NCBI GenBank assembly: GCA_043818275.1
Contig: JBDRFY010000018.1
Location: forward strand, 1-39,430
Direction of reading: 5' to 3'
Length of the DNA stretch: 39,430 bases
Source of the DNA: a bacterium
Lineage (GTDB): Bacteria > Babelota > Babeliae > Babelales > JAUWHS01
The notes beneath the pieces are model-generated. The model made no database searches. It saw only the letters and a list, made by a program, of their open reading frames with translations, and was not told where the DNA came from. Within the stretch, counting starts at the first letter, position 1. Each line of letters starts with the position of its first letter. The position numbers and the translations under genes are program-made. Of the stretch, positions 1 to 10,087 are shown piece after piece.

Positions 1-1
1 G

Positions 2-2896
2 CTTGGAGGAAGCGGACCAACCTCTGGAGATGAACTTGAAATATATTCATTTATTAACAATGTAATATCCACCAATCCTGTAGCCTCTAAAAACTATGGT
101 AACGTTATTTACTCTGTTGACTGGAGCCCTGATGGAAAATATTTGGCTATTGGTGGAGCTACACCTGTTTCTGGAGATGAACTTCAAATATACTCCTTTG
201 ACAATGGAGCCTTATCTTCAAATCCTGTTGATCAACATGATTATGGAACATGGATATACTTTCTTTCATGGGATAAAGAAGGTAAATATTTAGCAATCGG
301 AGGAACAGGCCCCCCATCCGGAAAAGAACTTCAACTTTACACTGTTAACTACATGTTTGATACAACACAACAAACTCTTTCAAATGCAATTATTTTAGGT
401 AACTCAATCAAGGGTGATGATTACAATCTTGATGTTTCAGTTCTCGGTGGCGCTCAAGGAATTATTAACGGTTATGCCTGGTATGACTCAACAAATAGTT
501 CGAATAAGGGCCAATTAAATTTTGCAAACCCTGGAGCATCTTTGGTATTAAAAGATACAACCGCTCAATTTAAAATATCAAATATTGAAAATATATCCGG
601 ATGGAAAGAAGAATCAATTGTTCTTGCATCAGGAAATGATAATTCCTGGCTTCCTGGTGGTGGCATAACGTATGGTAATCTTGGACCGGAAACACCACCT
701 CCGGCAAGACTTCTTTACCACAACAGTAACGCTATTATCAACCTGCAATCTGATATCAATGAAAATAGCAACGCAATTATTAATATTTCTGATAATGTTT
801 CTGAAAATTCAAACGCAATTCTTGGCCTTGAAGAATCTATCATTGAAAATAGTAACGCAATTGTAACACTAGAAGAATTAACTGGTGATCTAATTATTCA
901 AAACAGCAACGCAATTTTTGATCACACACAACATTTTATATCATTAAATAATGGTAAATTATACGCGGTCGGCGAAATTACAGGACAAACTTCAATTGAC
1001 GGCAGAGCAATTCTTTCAAGCCCAATTAATTTAAACGGCGCAACTTTAAATAACGGCGGTGACATTTTATTTTCATCACAAACAACAATTGATTCTTCAG
1101 GTTATTTAAATCCACAAGGATATGCTTATATTCTTGGCGGAGATTTAATAATTCCAAGTGCTACAACTCTAACATTTACATCCAATGGTATAATTGATGG
1201 TCAGGGACACAGCCTGATTTTTGGAACAACAGCTCAAATATTAATTGACAGCAATGTAACTTTAACTTTGAAAAATTTAACTATCAAAAATGATTTAAGT
1301 CCAATCTCAATTCCTCCAATTAAATGTCTGGATTGGTACAGCAAGCTTGTTCTTGATAATGTTAAATTTGCCCTTAACGATGATTTCGCTTTCAAAACCG
1401 GTCAAATGTATATTTATGATGATGTCATATTTACCGGTTCATCTAAATTAATTTATCAATCAGTGTTGCCTTCTTATATACAACCTCATTCAACTTTATA
1501 TTTCGATGAAGAAACAACGCTTGATTATTCCCCTGCTTGCACATTAAAAGATTTAATAGTGTTGAGTGATGAATCATCTTCAATTTATTTAGATGGAGCA
1601 ACACTGCAAACAACACATACAGGAATGCGGTTAACAAAAGGTCGCCTGCTTTTGGAAAATAAAGTTACATTAAGTAGCGCTGCTAATAATGTAATTTATG
1701 ATATAACTTATACTGCAACACCTATATCTTTTAGCGATCGAATTTCAACTGCCGACTTAGACCCTTCAAATAGATATTTAGCAATTGCTGGAATGTCTAA
1801 TTATAACCCTGACGTAGAAATTTATTATTTCGACGGAAATGTTATAACTGGAACACCAATTGCTCAAAGAGAGCTTGGAATAAGTGCCAGAATTTATGAT
1901 CTAAATTGGTCCCCTGATAATAAAAATTTAGCTATAAGTGTTCAATATCCATCTAGTGGCTCTGAATTACAAATTTTCTCATTTGATAATGAGAACGGTT
2001 CCCTCTCTGCAAATGCTATATATCAAAAAGATTTTGGAACTTATTCTCAACCCGTCAAGTGGCACCCTAGTGGTAAATATATCGCTTTAGGAGGACAATA
2101 TCCTACAAATGGAGCTCAATTACAAATTTATTCCTTTATAAATAATTCATTATCTGCAAGTCCTATTTTTTCAGAAACGCCTATGAATAATGTAACAACC
2201 CTTAAATGGCATCCTAGTGGAAATTTCCTTGTTGCAGGTGGAAGAGATTATACTTTGACTGGTAGCCTTAAATTATATTCTTTCTATGATAACTCTTTAT
2301 CCGGAACTCCTCTTGAAACAAGGCTATATGGTGTACCATTAACTTCTGTAATTTATGATGCAAGCTGGAGCCCTGACGGTAAATATTTAGCTGTTGGTGG
2401 CGTTTCAGATGGATACGCCCAAGCTCAAATATATTCTTTTTATAATAATAATTTATCCCCATCACCTATCTCTGAAATACATTTCAGCACATATACAAAC
2501 TATAACAAATTACAATGGAGCCCTAATGGCAAATACATATCCTTGGCAAATCAGGATTTGGCATATGCTCCAGATGAGATAATAATCATTAAAGTTGATA
2601 ATGGAATTATATCAAGCACACCAATCGTACAACAAAGCTTTGGTTATTATGCATCCGGTACAATTTGGACTTCTGACAGTAAATATTTATTTATTTATGG
2701 CCGACAACCTGATTCCGGTTATGAATTACAACAATATGAAGTTAATTACATGTTTGATACAACACAACAAGGCTTCAACAATTCAATAATATTTGGTGAT
2801 TCTTCAAGAGGTTCTGATTACAACTTAAATTCATTTGTTCTTGGAGGGGCAAGAATAGAAATAAATGGAATCGCTTGGTTTGATGACGCAAATTAG
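2..2896 (+). CDS. 5'-truncated large modular protein: WD40-like repeats, cap segment, NSNAI heptad coiled coil, beta-solenoid-like module, second WD40-like propeller
   Basis: The frame of ORF 143..2896 stays open back to base 2 (LGGSGPTSGDELEIYSF...WSPDGKYLAIGG), so the gene starts before the window. Repeated W[SH]P[DS]G[KN]YLA[IV]GG...ELQIYSF blades; ENSNAI repeats at ~720-915. Confidence 0.85.
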   Translation, partial: LGGSGPTSGDELEIYSFINNVISTNPVASKNYGNVIYSVDWSPDGKYLAIGGATPVSGDELQIYSFDNGALSSNPVDQHDYGTWIYFLSWDKEGKYLAIGGTGPPSGKELQLYTVNYMFDTTQQTLSNAIILGNSIKGDDYNLDVSVLGGAQGIINGYAWYDSTNSSNKGQLNFANPGASLVLKDTTAQFKISNIENISGWKEESIVLASGNDNSWLPGGGITYGNLGPETPPPARLLYHNSNAIINLQSDINENSNAIINISDNVSENSNAILGLEESIIENSNAIVTLEELTGDLIIQNSNAIFDHTQHFISLNNGKLYAVGEITGQTSIDGRAILSSPINLNGATLNNGGDILFSSQTTIDSSGYLNPQGYAYILGGDLIIPSATTLTFTSNGIIDGQGHSLIFGTTAQILIDSNVTLTLKNLTIKNDLSPISIPPIKCLDWYSKLVLDNVKFALNDDFAFKTGQMYIYDDVIFTGSSKLIYQSVLPSYIQPHSTLYFDEETTLDYSPACTLKDLIVLSDESSSIYLDGATLQTTHTGMRLTKGRLLLENKVTLSSAANNVIYDITYTATPISFSDRISTADLDPSNRYLAIAGMSNYNPDVEIYYFDGNVITGTPIAQRELGISARIYDLNWSPDNKNLAISVQYPSSGSELQIFSFDNENGSLSANAIYQKDFGTYSQPVKWHPSGKYIALGGQYPTNGAQLQIYSFINNSLSASPIFSETPMNNVTTLKWHPSGNFLVAGGRDYTLTGSLKLYSFYDNSLSGTPLETRLYGVPLTSVIYDASWSPDGKYLAVGGVSDGYAQAQIYSFYNNNLSPSPISEIHFSTYTNYNKLQWSPNGKYISLANQDLAYAPDEIIIIKVDNGIISSTPIVQQSFGYYASGTIWTSDSKYLFIYGRQPDSGYELQQYEVNYMFDTTQQGFNNSIIFGDSSRGSDYNLNSFVLGGARIEINGIAWFDDAN

Positions 2897-2908
2897 TAAA
2901 ACATAAAC

Positions 2909-2956
2909 TAAAATAAAGGGCTCCATAAGTTAAACGTTATGGTGCCCTTTATTTTA
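2909..2956. terminator. Intrinsic terminator-like hairpin
   Basis: TAAAATAAAGGGC-T-CCATAA / TTATGG-T-GCCCTTTATTTTA inverted repeat just after the stop at 2896. Confidence 0.7.
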
Positions 2957-3052
2957 TTATTTCCTTTACAATTTTTAAATACTATTGATATGAAAAAATA
3001 AAATCAATATGATTTTTATTATTTAATTAAAAAAAGGAAAAAGGAAAAACTC

Positions 3053-6000
3053 ATGAATATAAAAAAATCTTATCTTCTTTATATTTTATATATCATTAGC
3101 TCAATAAATATAAACCTAAAAGCAAAGCTTGAATTCATTAATAGAGATGCTTCAATTACATTAAAACCGAGTGATTCCAGGTTAAAATTTTCCAGTATTA
3201 ATAATGTAAGGGGATGGAAAGAAGAATCAATAATTCTTGAAACAGGATATGACAATTCATGGCTTTCGCCAAATATGGTTTTTGGTGATGAAGTTGGTGA
3301 TACTGCTCCCCCTACTCATTTACTTTATAATGACAGCAATGCAATTGTTAATATAGATGAATTTGTTGTTGAAAACAGTAACGCTATTGTAAATCTTCAA
3401 TCAGATATTAATGAAAATTCTCAGGCTATTGTAACAAACGCCAATAATATTAATTATAACTCACAAGCAATCGTAACCAATAGATCTGATATTGATACAA
3501 ATACACAAAATATTCTTTTCAATTCAAATGCCATTGTTGATCTTAAAGAATTTGTAACTGAAAACAGCAACGCCATTTTGGGACTGGAAGAATTTGTAAC
3601 TGAAAACAGCAATGCTATTGTAAATCTTCAATCAGATATTAATGAAAATTCTCAGGCTATTGTAACTAATGCCAATAATATTAATTATAACTCACAAGCA
3701 ATCGTAACCAATAGATCTGATATTGATACAAATACACAAAATATTATTTTCAATTCAAATGCAATTGTTGATCTTAAAGAATTTGCAACTGAAAATAGCA
3801 ATGCCATTGTTAACCTTGAAGAAATAACAGCTGATCTAATTGTAGAAAACAGCAATGCTATTGTTAATATTTCAGAAGACGTCAATGAAAATTCTCAGGC
3901 GATTGTAACAAATGCCAATGATATTTATGAAAACAGCTGGGCAATTCTTGATCTCAATAACCGAATGCTAATTGTTCAACTTGTCATTGAAAATAGTAAC
4001 GCGATAATTCAATCAAGTAATGCAATAGTTAATCTTGATATGCGTGTTACTGAAAATAGTAATGCTATTGTTAATAATAGTTGGGCTATTGCAGATCTTA
4101 ATAATCAAATTCATGAAAATTCGTGGGCTATACAAAATTTAATTGAACATGGAGAAGCGATTGAACTTGTTGCTCAAAACAGCAACGCAATATTTAGCGC
4201 AAGCCAATCAATTGCTTATCTAAATCAGGAAGTTAATGAAAATAGTAATGCAATCGTTAATAATCAATATGCAATTATTAATAACTCTCAAGCCATTGTT
4301 AATTTAAATCAATACATAATTGATAACAGTAACTTTATCGAAGATAATAGCTGGTCCATTTTGGCATTATTGGATAAAATGAATCAAAATAGTTATGCGA
4401 TTATTAATAATGACGAACAAATTGCGCATAATTCAGCAGCATTAATAACCTGCTGCAATAACGCTGAAGAATTAATTCAACAAAACAGTAATGCTATTGT
4501 TAATTTACAAGAAGATATCAATGAAAACAGCTCAGCCATTGTAATTAATAACAATAATATAAATTACAACTCACAAGCTATAGTAACAAATGCGCAAAAT
4601 ATTCTTTACAACAGTCAAGCTATTGCAACACTTGAAGAAATAACAGGTGATTTAATTATTGAAAACAGCAACGCAATTGTTGATCTTAAAGAACTTGTTG
4701 TTGAAAACAGTAACGCCATTCTAAACATAGAAGCTGAACTTTCAGTTGAAAACTCAAACGCAATTATAAATTTACAGGAAGATATTCATGAAAATAGTCA
4801 GGCAATTGTGTTTATATATTCAGTCGGAACAGAACTTTCTGTACAAAACAGTAATGCTATTGTTAATAATAGTAGTTTTATTTATCAGGAACTGGTAGTT
4901 CAAAACAGTGACGCTATTGTTAACATAGGCAGCAGTCCTTTAGTAAAAGGACCGCTTACAATAGACATAACAATAGACAAAAGCACATTTATTCATCCAA
5001 AGGAAAGAATTTATGTCGCGGGAAATATAACAATTGATGGCCAAGGTTCAGTCATATATTTTGCGGGTAAAGAAAGACCAGTTGGACCTCAATTTGTAGT
5101 TGCCGCTGGCAGATCAGTTACATTAAAAAATATTAAATTTGTCGGACTAGTCTCAGATACATTCTTAATGGAAAGCAATCAATCACAAATTGTTATTGGC
5201 GAAAACGTTACGTGGGAAATAACTGAAAACATTACATTTACTAGAGGATTTATTAATCTTAGCGGGCAAAATGTTTGGAGAATTCAAGGTATTGGCGGTC
5301 AAAAACTTCTCAAACTTGCTCCTTTCTCATTTGTAAATAATCCAATGCTCAATCTTGGATTAAGTACACTCGCCTTAGAAAATATTGAATTTACCGGACT
5401 TGAATATTTAACTTACCAACAAGCAGGAAGCTTAACAGGCGCGCTTGGATTAATCGGAAACACTGCAGTTAATGTAGAAAAAAGCAACTCTATGGTTTTC
5501 TACATTGAAAGCCTTGCTAACACGTTTAGATTATTAGAAAACAATTTAACATTTAATGGATTATTAAACTACGCAAATATAGGAGACAATGTCTTACATT
5601 TTGATTTTGTACTTAGATCTCCGGCAGAAAGTTTTGATGCAAAAACACAGTTAGAAAAAGGTAAAGTTCCAGTAATAAATTTTGCGACAAACTTTATTTA
5701 CTTAACATCTACGGATGGAATAGCACGCCTCATTTTTGATGATGTGATTGTTAAGGTAAATAATCAGGCCGATGCATTTGTCGTTATCGAAAATTCATAT
5801 CTTGGCGCAAATAAATTGCAAATTTCAGGAGATCCAATTTGGGATGCATCAAGTGAGACAGCAAAAAATAGATTTGCAATTGAAGCAATAGAACTTGAAG
5901 CTGTTGGATTTACAAGTGATATTATTCCTGAATTTGGTATACCAATTATTGTTGACCCAGGACACCACAGGTCTATAATTAATCTTAACGATATAAAAAC

Positions 6001-6091
6001 TGAACAGGATTTATTTAATATTCTCAACAAAGTAGACAGACCAAAAAGCGTAATTCAATTCGAAAAAATAAAAAAAGACGATGAGGAGTAA
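3053..6091 (+). CDS. Secreted fibre-like protein: signal peptide, ~530-aa I-x-x-N heptad coiled coil, C-terminal beta-rich domain
   Basis: 1012-aa ORF, AAGGA upstream, basic/hydrophobic N-terminus, dozens of [EY]NS[NQ]AI repeats with 7/14-residue spacing at 3326-4927. Confidence 0.85.
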   Translation: MNIKKSYLLYILYIISSININLKAKLEFINRDASITLKPSDSRLKFSSINNVRGWKEESIILETGYDNSWLSPNMVFGDEVGDTAPPTHLLYNDSNAIVNIDEFVVENSNAIVNLQSDINENSQAIVTNANNINYNSQAIVTNRSDIDTNTQNILFNSNAIVDLKEFVTENSNAILGLEEFVTENSNAIVNLQSDINENSQAIVTNANNINYNSQAIVTNRSDIDTNTQNIIFNSNAIVDLKEFATENSNAIVNLEEITADLIVENSNAIVNISEDVNENSQAIVTNANDIYENSWAILDLNNRMLIVQLVIENSNAIIQSSNAIVNLDMRVTENSNAIVNNSWAIADLNNQIHENSWAIQNLIEHGEAIELVAQNSNAIFSASQSIAYLNQEVNENSNAIVNNQYAIINNSQAIVNLNQYIIDNSNFIEDNSWSILALLDKMNQNSYAIINNDEQIAHNSAALITCCNNAEELIQQNSNAIVNLQEDINENSSAIVINNNNINYNSQAIVTNAQNILYNSQAIATLEEITGDLIIENSNAIVDLKELVVENSNAILNIEAELSVENSNAIINLQEDIHENSQAIVFIYSVGTELSVQNSNAIVNNSSFIYQELVVQNSDAIVNIGSSPLVKGPLTIDITIDKSTFIHPKERIYVAGNITIDGQGSVIYFAGKERPVGPQFVVAAGRSVTLKNIKFVGLVSDTFLMESNQSQIVIGENVTWEITENITFTRGFINLSGQNVWRIQGIGGQKLLKLAPFSFVNNPMLNLGLSTLALENIEFTGLEYLTYQQAGSLTGALGLIGNTAVNVEKSNSMVFYIESLANTFRLLENNLTFNGLLNYANIGDNVLHFDFVLRSPAESFDAKTQLEKGKVPVINFATNFIYLTSTDGIARLIFDDVIVKVNNQADAFVVIENSYLGANKLQISGDPIWDASSETAKNRFAIEAIELEAVGFTSDIIPEFGIPIIVDPGHHRSIINLNDIKTEQDLFNILNKVDRPKSVIQFEKIKKDDEE
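3359..3808 (+). repeat. Near-identical in-frame 231-bp (77-codon) tandem duplication
   Basis: Copies start at 3359 and 3590; exact stretch GCCAATAATATTAATTATAACTCACAAGC...ACAAAATATT at 3440 and 3671. Confidence 0.9.
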
Positions 6092-6096
6092 TTTCA

Positions 6097-8190
6097 ATGA
6101 AATTTATTAAATCAATAATTTTATTTCTACTAATTTCAAACATATTATTTTCAACATCAATACATGCAGCATCTATTGATGGAACAACAAATATTGCGTA
6201 TATAAATTACCATTATCCATTTGCTAATACAAATACAGCACAAGGTTTTGTAAGACTAGTAAACGGTTTTACAATTCCTGCAAGCGCAACAGTTACTTTT
6301 AATATACATCCTCCCGTCTCAGGAGGAATTCAATTAAATGATACAGGAACAATTAAATTAGATAGTAATCTTTATCTAGATTCAAGTGTTACATTATCCA
6401 CCGGAGGACATATAAATGGCCAAGAAAAAACTATTTATTTGGATGGCAATCTTATAATACCTGCCGGCAAAAATTTAAAAATAACAGGAGACACAATAAT
6501 TGATGGTAGCAATTTTGATTTAATTTTAGGTCACCAATCACAATTGATAGTTGATAATAACATTACTTTAACATTGAAAAATATTAATCTTAAAAATACT
6601 CATAACGATCAGGCGTTTCCTCAAATTAAATTAAATAACGTTTTTTCTCAGCTAGCTCTAGAAAATGTTATTTTTTCGTTTAATGATGACTTTATTTTTG
6701 ATAAAGGAACATTATTTATAAATAATGATGTAATTATCACTGGTACATCAAAATTTATTTATAAATCTACAAATCCAACATACATTCAATCTCATTCAAC
6801 TATATATTTCGATAAAAATACTACATTTGATTATTCTCCAAATTCCGATACTAATAATTTAATTATTTTAACAGATCAAAGTTCATCCATTTATTTAGAT
6901 GGATGCACCTTACAAGTAACAGATACAGGAATAAAGCTAACAAAAGGACAATTATTTTTTGATAATAAAGTAACATTGAGTAACAGTGATAGTTATGTTC
7001 TTTCTGATATCACCAGAGTTGATACTAAAAATAATGGTGGGTATCTTTTTGCTACAGGGTGGCATCCAACTAACAATTATTTAGTAACAGGAGGATATGG
7101 AAGTAATACTCCTGAAGGAGGAGAGCTTCAACTTTACTCTTTTCAAAATGACACTTTAACAAGTGTTACTTACAGAGATTATGATATTAATAGTAATATA
7201 CGGAGCCTCGATTGGAGCCCAGATGGAAATTATTTGGCCATAGGAGGAAGCTTTCATGATGGAACTTTTGGCGGAATTTTTGTCTATTCCTTTTTCAACA
7301 ATACCCTATCTGACGCTGCAATTGCCTTAGCAGATTTAGGAGAAAATTCACTTTGCATTAAATGGCATCCTAATGGTAATTTCATTGCATTCGGTATATC
7401 TGTTCCATTTTCTGGACTTGAATTACAAATTTATTCTTTTCAAAATGATACTTTAACTTCATACACTTCAGCAAATTACGGAAGTACAACTGGTTCTACA
7501 GAATTATTTTCAGTTGCATGGAGCCCCGATGGAAATTATTTAGCAATCGGTGGGGATTACCCAGATTCAGGCAATGAACTTCAAATATATTCTTTTCAAA
7601 ATGATGTTTTAGCAACATATACTTCTAAAAATTATGGTTATGGCGTTTTTACTCTAGACTGGAGTCCAGATGGAAATTATCTTGCAGTAGGAGGAACCTC
7701 ACCTGATTCTGGAGATGAGCTGCAAATTTATTCTTTTTTTGGAGGAGAGTTATCATCAACTCCCGTAGACTCTAAAAATTATGGTACAAGAATATGGTCT
7801 ACAAAATGGAGTAGTGATGGTAGGTACTTAGCAATAGGTGGTTATAACCCTGCCGGTGGTAATGAATTGCAAATTTATTCTTTTACTGGAGGAACATTAT
7901 CTAGTATCCCAATAATATCAAAAAATTTTAATAACGAAATCTATTCTCTTGATTGGAAACAACCCAACAACAATTTTTTAGCTGCGGCAGGAAATTATAG
8001 TTCTTCTCATGTTGAAGAATTACAAGTTTATCGATCTGATTATTTATATAGTACTTATTCACCAACCTTTTATAATTCAATAATATTTGGAGATTCATCC
8101 TTAGGTTCTGAATATAATTTAAATACTTATCTACTTTCTGGAGCACAAGTAGAATTAACTGGTCCAGTTTGGATTGATGATGCAGATTAA
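6097..8190 (+). CDS. Secreted beta-solenoid plus WD40-like beta-propeller protein, paralog of the C-terminal part of the first ORF
   Basis: 697 aa; signal peptide MKFIKSIILFLLISNILFSTSIHAA; about 7 WSPDGNYLAIGG-type blades; shares SSIYLDG.TLQ.T.TG..LTKG and NSIIFGDSS.GS.YNLN segments with ORF 2..2896. Confidence 0.85.
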   Translation: MKFIKSIILFLLISNILFSTSIHAASIDGTTNIAYINYHYPFANTNTAQGFVRLVNGFTIPASATVTFNIHPPVSGGIQLNDTGTIKLDSNLYLDSSVTLSTGGHINGQEKTIYLDGNLIIPAGKNLKITGDTIIDGSNFDLILGHQSQLIVDNNITLTLKNINLKNTHNDQAFPQIKLNNVFSQLALENVIFSFNDDFIFDKGTLFINNDVIITGTSKFIYKSTNPTYIQSHSTIYFDKNTTFDYSPNSDTNNLIILTDQSSSIYLDGCTLQVTDTGIKLTKGQLFFDNKVTLSNSDSYVLSDITRVDTKNNGGYLFATGWHPTNNYLVTGGYGSNTPEGGELQLYSFQNDTLTSVTYRDYDINSNIRSLDWSPDGNYLAIGGSFHDGTFGGIFVYSFFNNTLSDAAIALADLGENSLCIKWHPNGNFIAFGISVPFSGLELQIYSFQNDTLTSYTSANYGSTTGSTELFSVAWSPDGNYLAIGGDYPDSGNELQIYSFQNDVLATYTSKNYGYGVFTLDWSPDGNYLAVGGTSPDSGDELQIYSFFGGELSSTPVDSKNYGTRIWSTKWSSDGRYLAIGGYNPAGGNELQIYSFTGGTLSSIPIISKNFNNEIYSLDWKQPNNNFLAAAGNYSSSHVEELQVYRSDYLYSTYSPTFYNSIIFGDSSLGSEYNLNTYLLSGAQVELTGPVWIDDAD

Positions 8191-9908
8191 TTAAAAAGAG
8201 CTTGATAATTTTTCAAAAAATTTAAAGCTATTTTTTGTGCCGGTTTGGAAGAACCGGCATTTTCTACTAAAACAATTAATGTTAATGGTTCATGATTTTT
8301 ATATTTGAAATACGAAGCGAACCAGGCATGCTCAAGCTGACTTTTTTTTACAACTTCACTTTTTAAACTGGTTGTTTGAGCTGTACCAGTTTTGGCATGA
8401 ATTTTAAAATCTTTTAGTTTTCTAAACATTTTTGCCGTACCTTCATCTACAGCCTTTGTCATGGAATCCCGCAAAATATTTAATGTATAATCAGAAATTA
8501 AAAGTTCATCTCTTTCAATATCTTCATCAGATAAAATTCTTGGTTTGACCAAATAACCGGTACAAATTGAAGAAATCATTTTAGCAATTTGCAAAGGGGT
8601 GACAAGAAGATAAGTTTGTCCAATACTTGCAGATAACGTATCACCCTTCCACCACCGCTCTCCTTTTGTTGCGACTTTCCACTCATAAGTTGGAACTAAA
8701 CCAGTTTTTTCATTCAGTAAAAAATTTGTTTTTCTTCCAAGTCCAAAACAATACGCATAATACGCTAACTGATTAATTTTAAGCTTTTGGGCAATTTCAA
8801 AACAAGGAATATTGCAGGAATAAGCAAGGGATGTTTTTAAATCAATTTTGCCATGCCCCCAATGTCGTTGACATTTATACTTTCGGCCCTTAAAAACGAT
8901 GTAACCCCTGCAATCAAATTCTGTATTTTCATTAATTTCTCCCTCTTCAAGACCAGCTGCAAAAGTTATTAATTTAAAAATAGAAGCAGGAGGATAAAGA
9001 GCATTTGTTGCTCTGTTAAGTAACGAACTGTTGTAAAGAAATTTTTCATTCCAGTCATCATCTGTAATTGGATCCAAAAATAAATTTGGATCAAAATTCG
9101 GATGAGATAATAAAACTTTTACCGAGCCGTCATGAGGATCCATAAGAATAAACACACCTGACTGATCAAACTCAAATAACGTTTCAGCAATTTTTTGTAA
9201 ATTTAAATCCAATGTTAACTGAATATCGCTGCCAGGTTTGGCACTCTTGAATTCTTTTTGCTCCAGTTTTTTGCCAGTAGAATTAGTAACATATTTTATA
9301 TAACCAGTCTCACCCTTTAATTTATCCTGAAAAATTTTTTCTAACCCAGCACGACCCTGTGTTATAAATCTTTCTGACCTTGATAAATAACCAAGAATAT
9401 GACCCGCCAAATTTTTATGCGGATAGAAACGCTTAAAACGATTAACAATAACCAAATTATTAGAATTATTACACTGCTCACTTATCTGACATAACTGATC
9501 AAAAGTTAAATCCTCCCGCAACAAAACTCTTCGCGCATATTTTTCAGATGTCTCAACTTGATTAAATTTTGAATTATTTAAAAAATCTGAATCTAAAATC
9601 GAATCAACTTTTTGCAATATTTTTTTTTGCTCCAAATCTATTTTTCTTTTTCCATTTCCCTGCCAATAAAGATCATAAATAGGTTTATTGGAAGCCAAAA
9701 CAAAATTATTGCAATCCAAAAAATTACCGCGGGGAGATGGTAAAATTTCCTGCCTTAAAAAATTTCGCTCTCCCAAATCAGAAAACCGAGCCTTTTGCTC
9801 AACCTGCAAATAAAAAAGACGCAGCAAAACAATGAAAACAAAAATAATAAATCCATACAAAATTTGTCTGATTTTTAAATTGCGCTGATCTTGGACTAAA
9901 TCTTTCAT
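8187..9908 (-). CDS. mrdA: Penicillin-binding protein 2 (class B transpeptidase)
   Basis: N-terminal TM helix, RLFYLQV, PRG, GRAGLE dimerisation domain, catalytic SxxK (PASIFK), SxN (SCN), KTG (AKTGT); ATG at 9908 preferred over TTG at 9965. Confidence 0.9.
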   Translation of the reverse strand: MKDLVQDQRNLKIRQILYGFIIFVFIVLLRLFYLQVEQKARFSDLGERNFLRQEILPSPRGNFLDCNNFVLASNKPIYDLYWQGNGKRKIDLEQKKILQKVDSILDSDFLNNSKFNQVETSEKYARRVLLREDLTFDQLCQISEQCNNSNNLVIVNRFKRFYPHKNLAGHILGYLSRSERFITQGRAGLEKIFQDKLKGETGYIKYVTNSTGKKLEQKEFKSAKPGSDIQLTLDLNLQKIAETLFEFDQSGVFILMDPHDGSVKVLLSHPNFDPNLFLDPITDDDWNEKFLYNSSLLNRATNALYPPASIFKLITFAAGLEEGEINENTEFDCRGYIVFKGRKYKCQRHWGHGKIDLKTSLAYSCNIPCFEIAQKLKINQLAYYAYCFGLGRKTNFLLNEKTGLVPTYEWKVATKGERWWKGDTLSASIGQTYLLVTPLQIAKMISSICTGYLVKPRILSDEDIERDELLISDYTLNILRDSMTKAVDEGTAKMFRKLKDFKIHAKTGTAQTTSLKSEVVKKSQLEHAWFASYFKYKNHEPLTLIVLVENAGSSKPAQKIALNFLKNYQALFN

Positions 9909-10087
9909 TGAATTTTTTTCGTTATGAATAATAAGATTTTTGTTAAAAATTAACGTATTTTTCAATGTTTTGCAAAATTTCTACTTTCTTTAAATCATTT
10001 CTTTGAAATCAAACTAATTTTTTTGTTATGTTTTCATAAGATTATTAAAAAAACGCTATTCAAAAAAAAACAGAAAGGAGAAATAGG

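Noticed and set aside
3359..3808. Template/variable repeat pair of a diversity-generating retroelement
   Set aside because: Differences are not adenine-specific, both copies are in frame in the same gene, and no reverse transcriptase is present in the window
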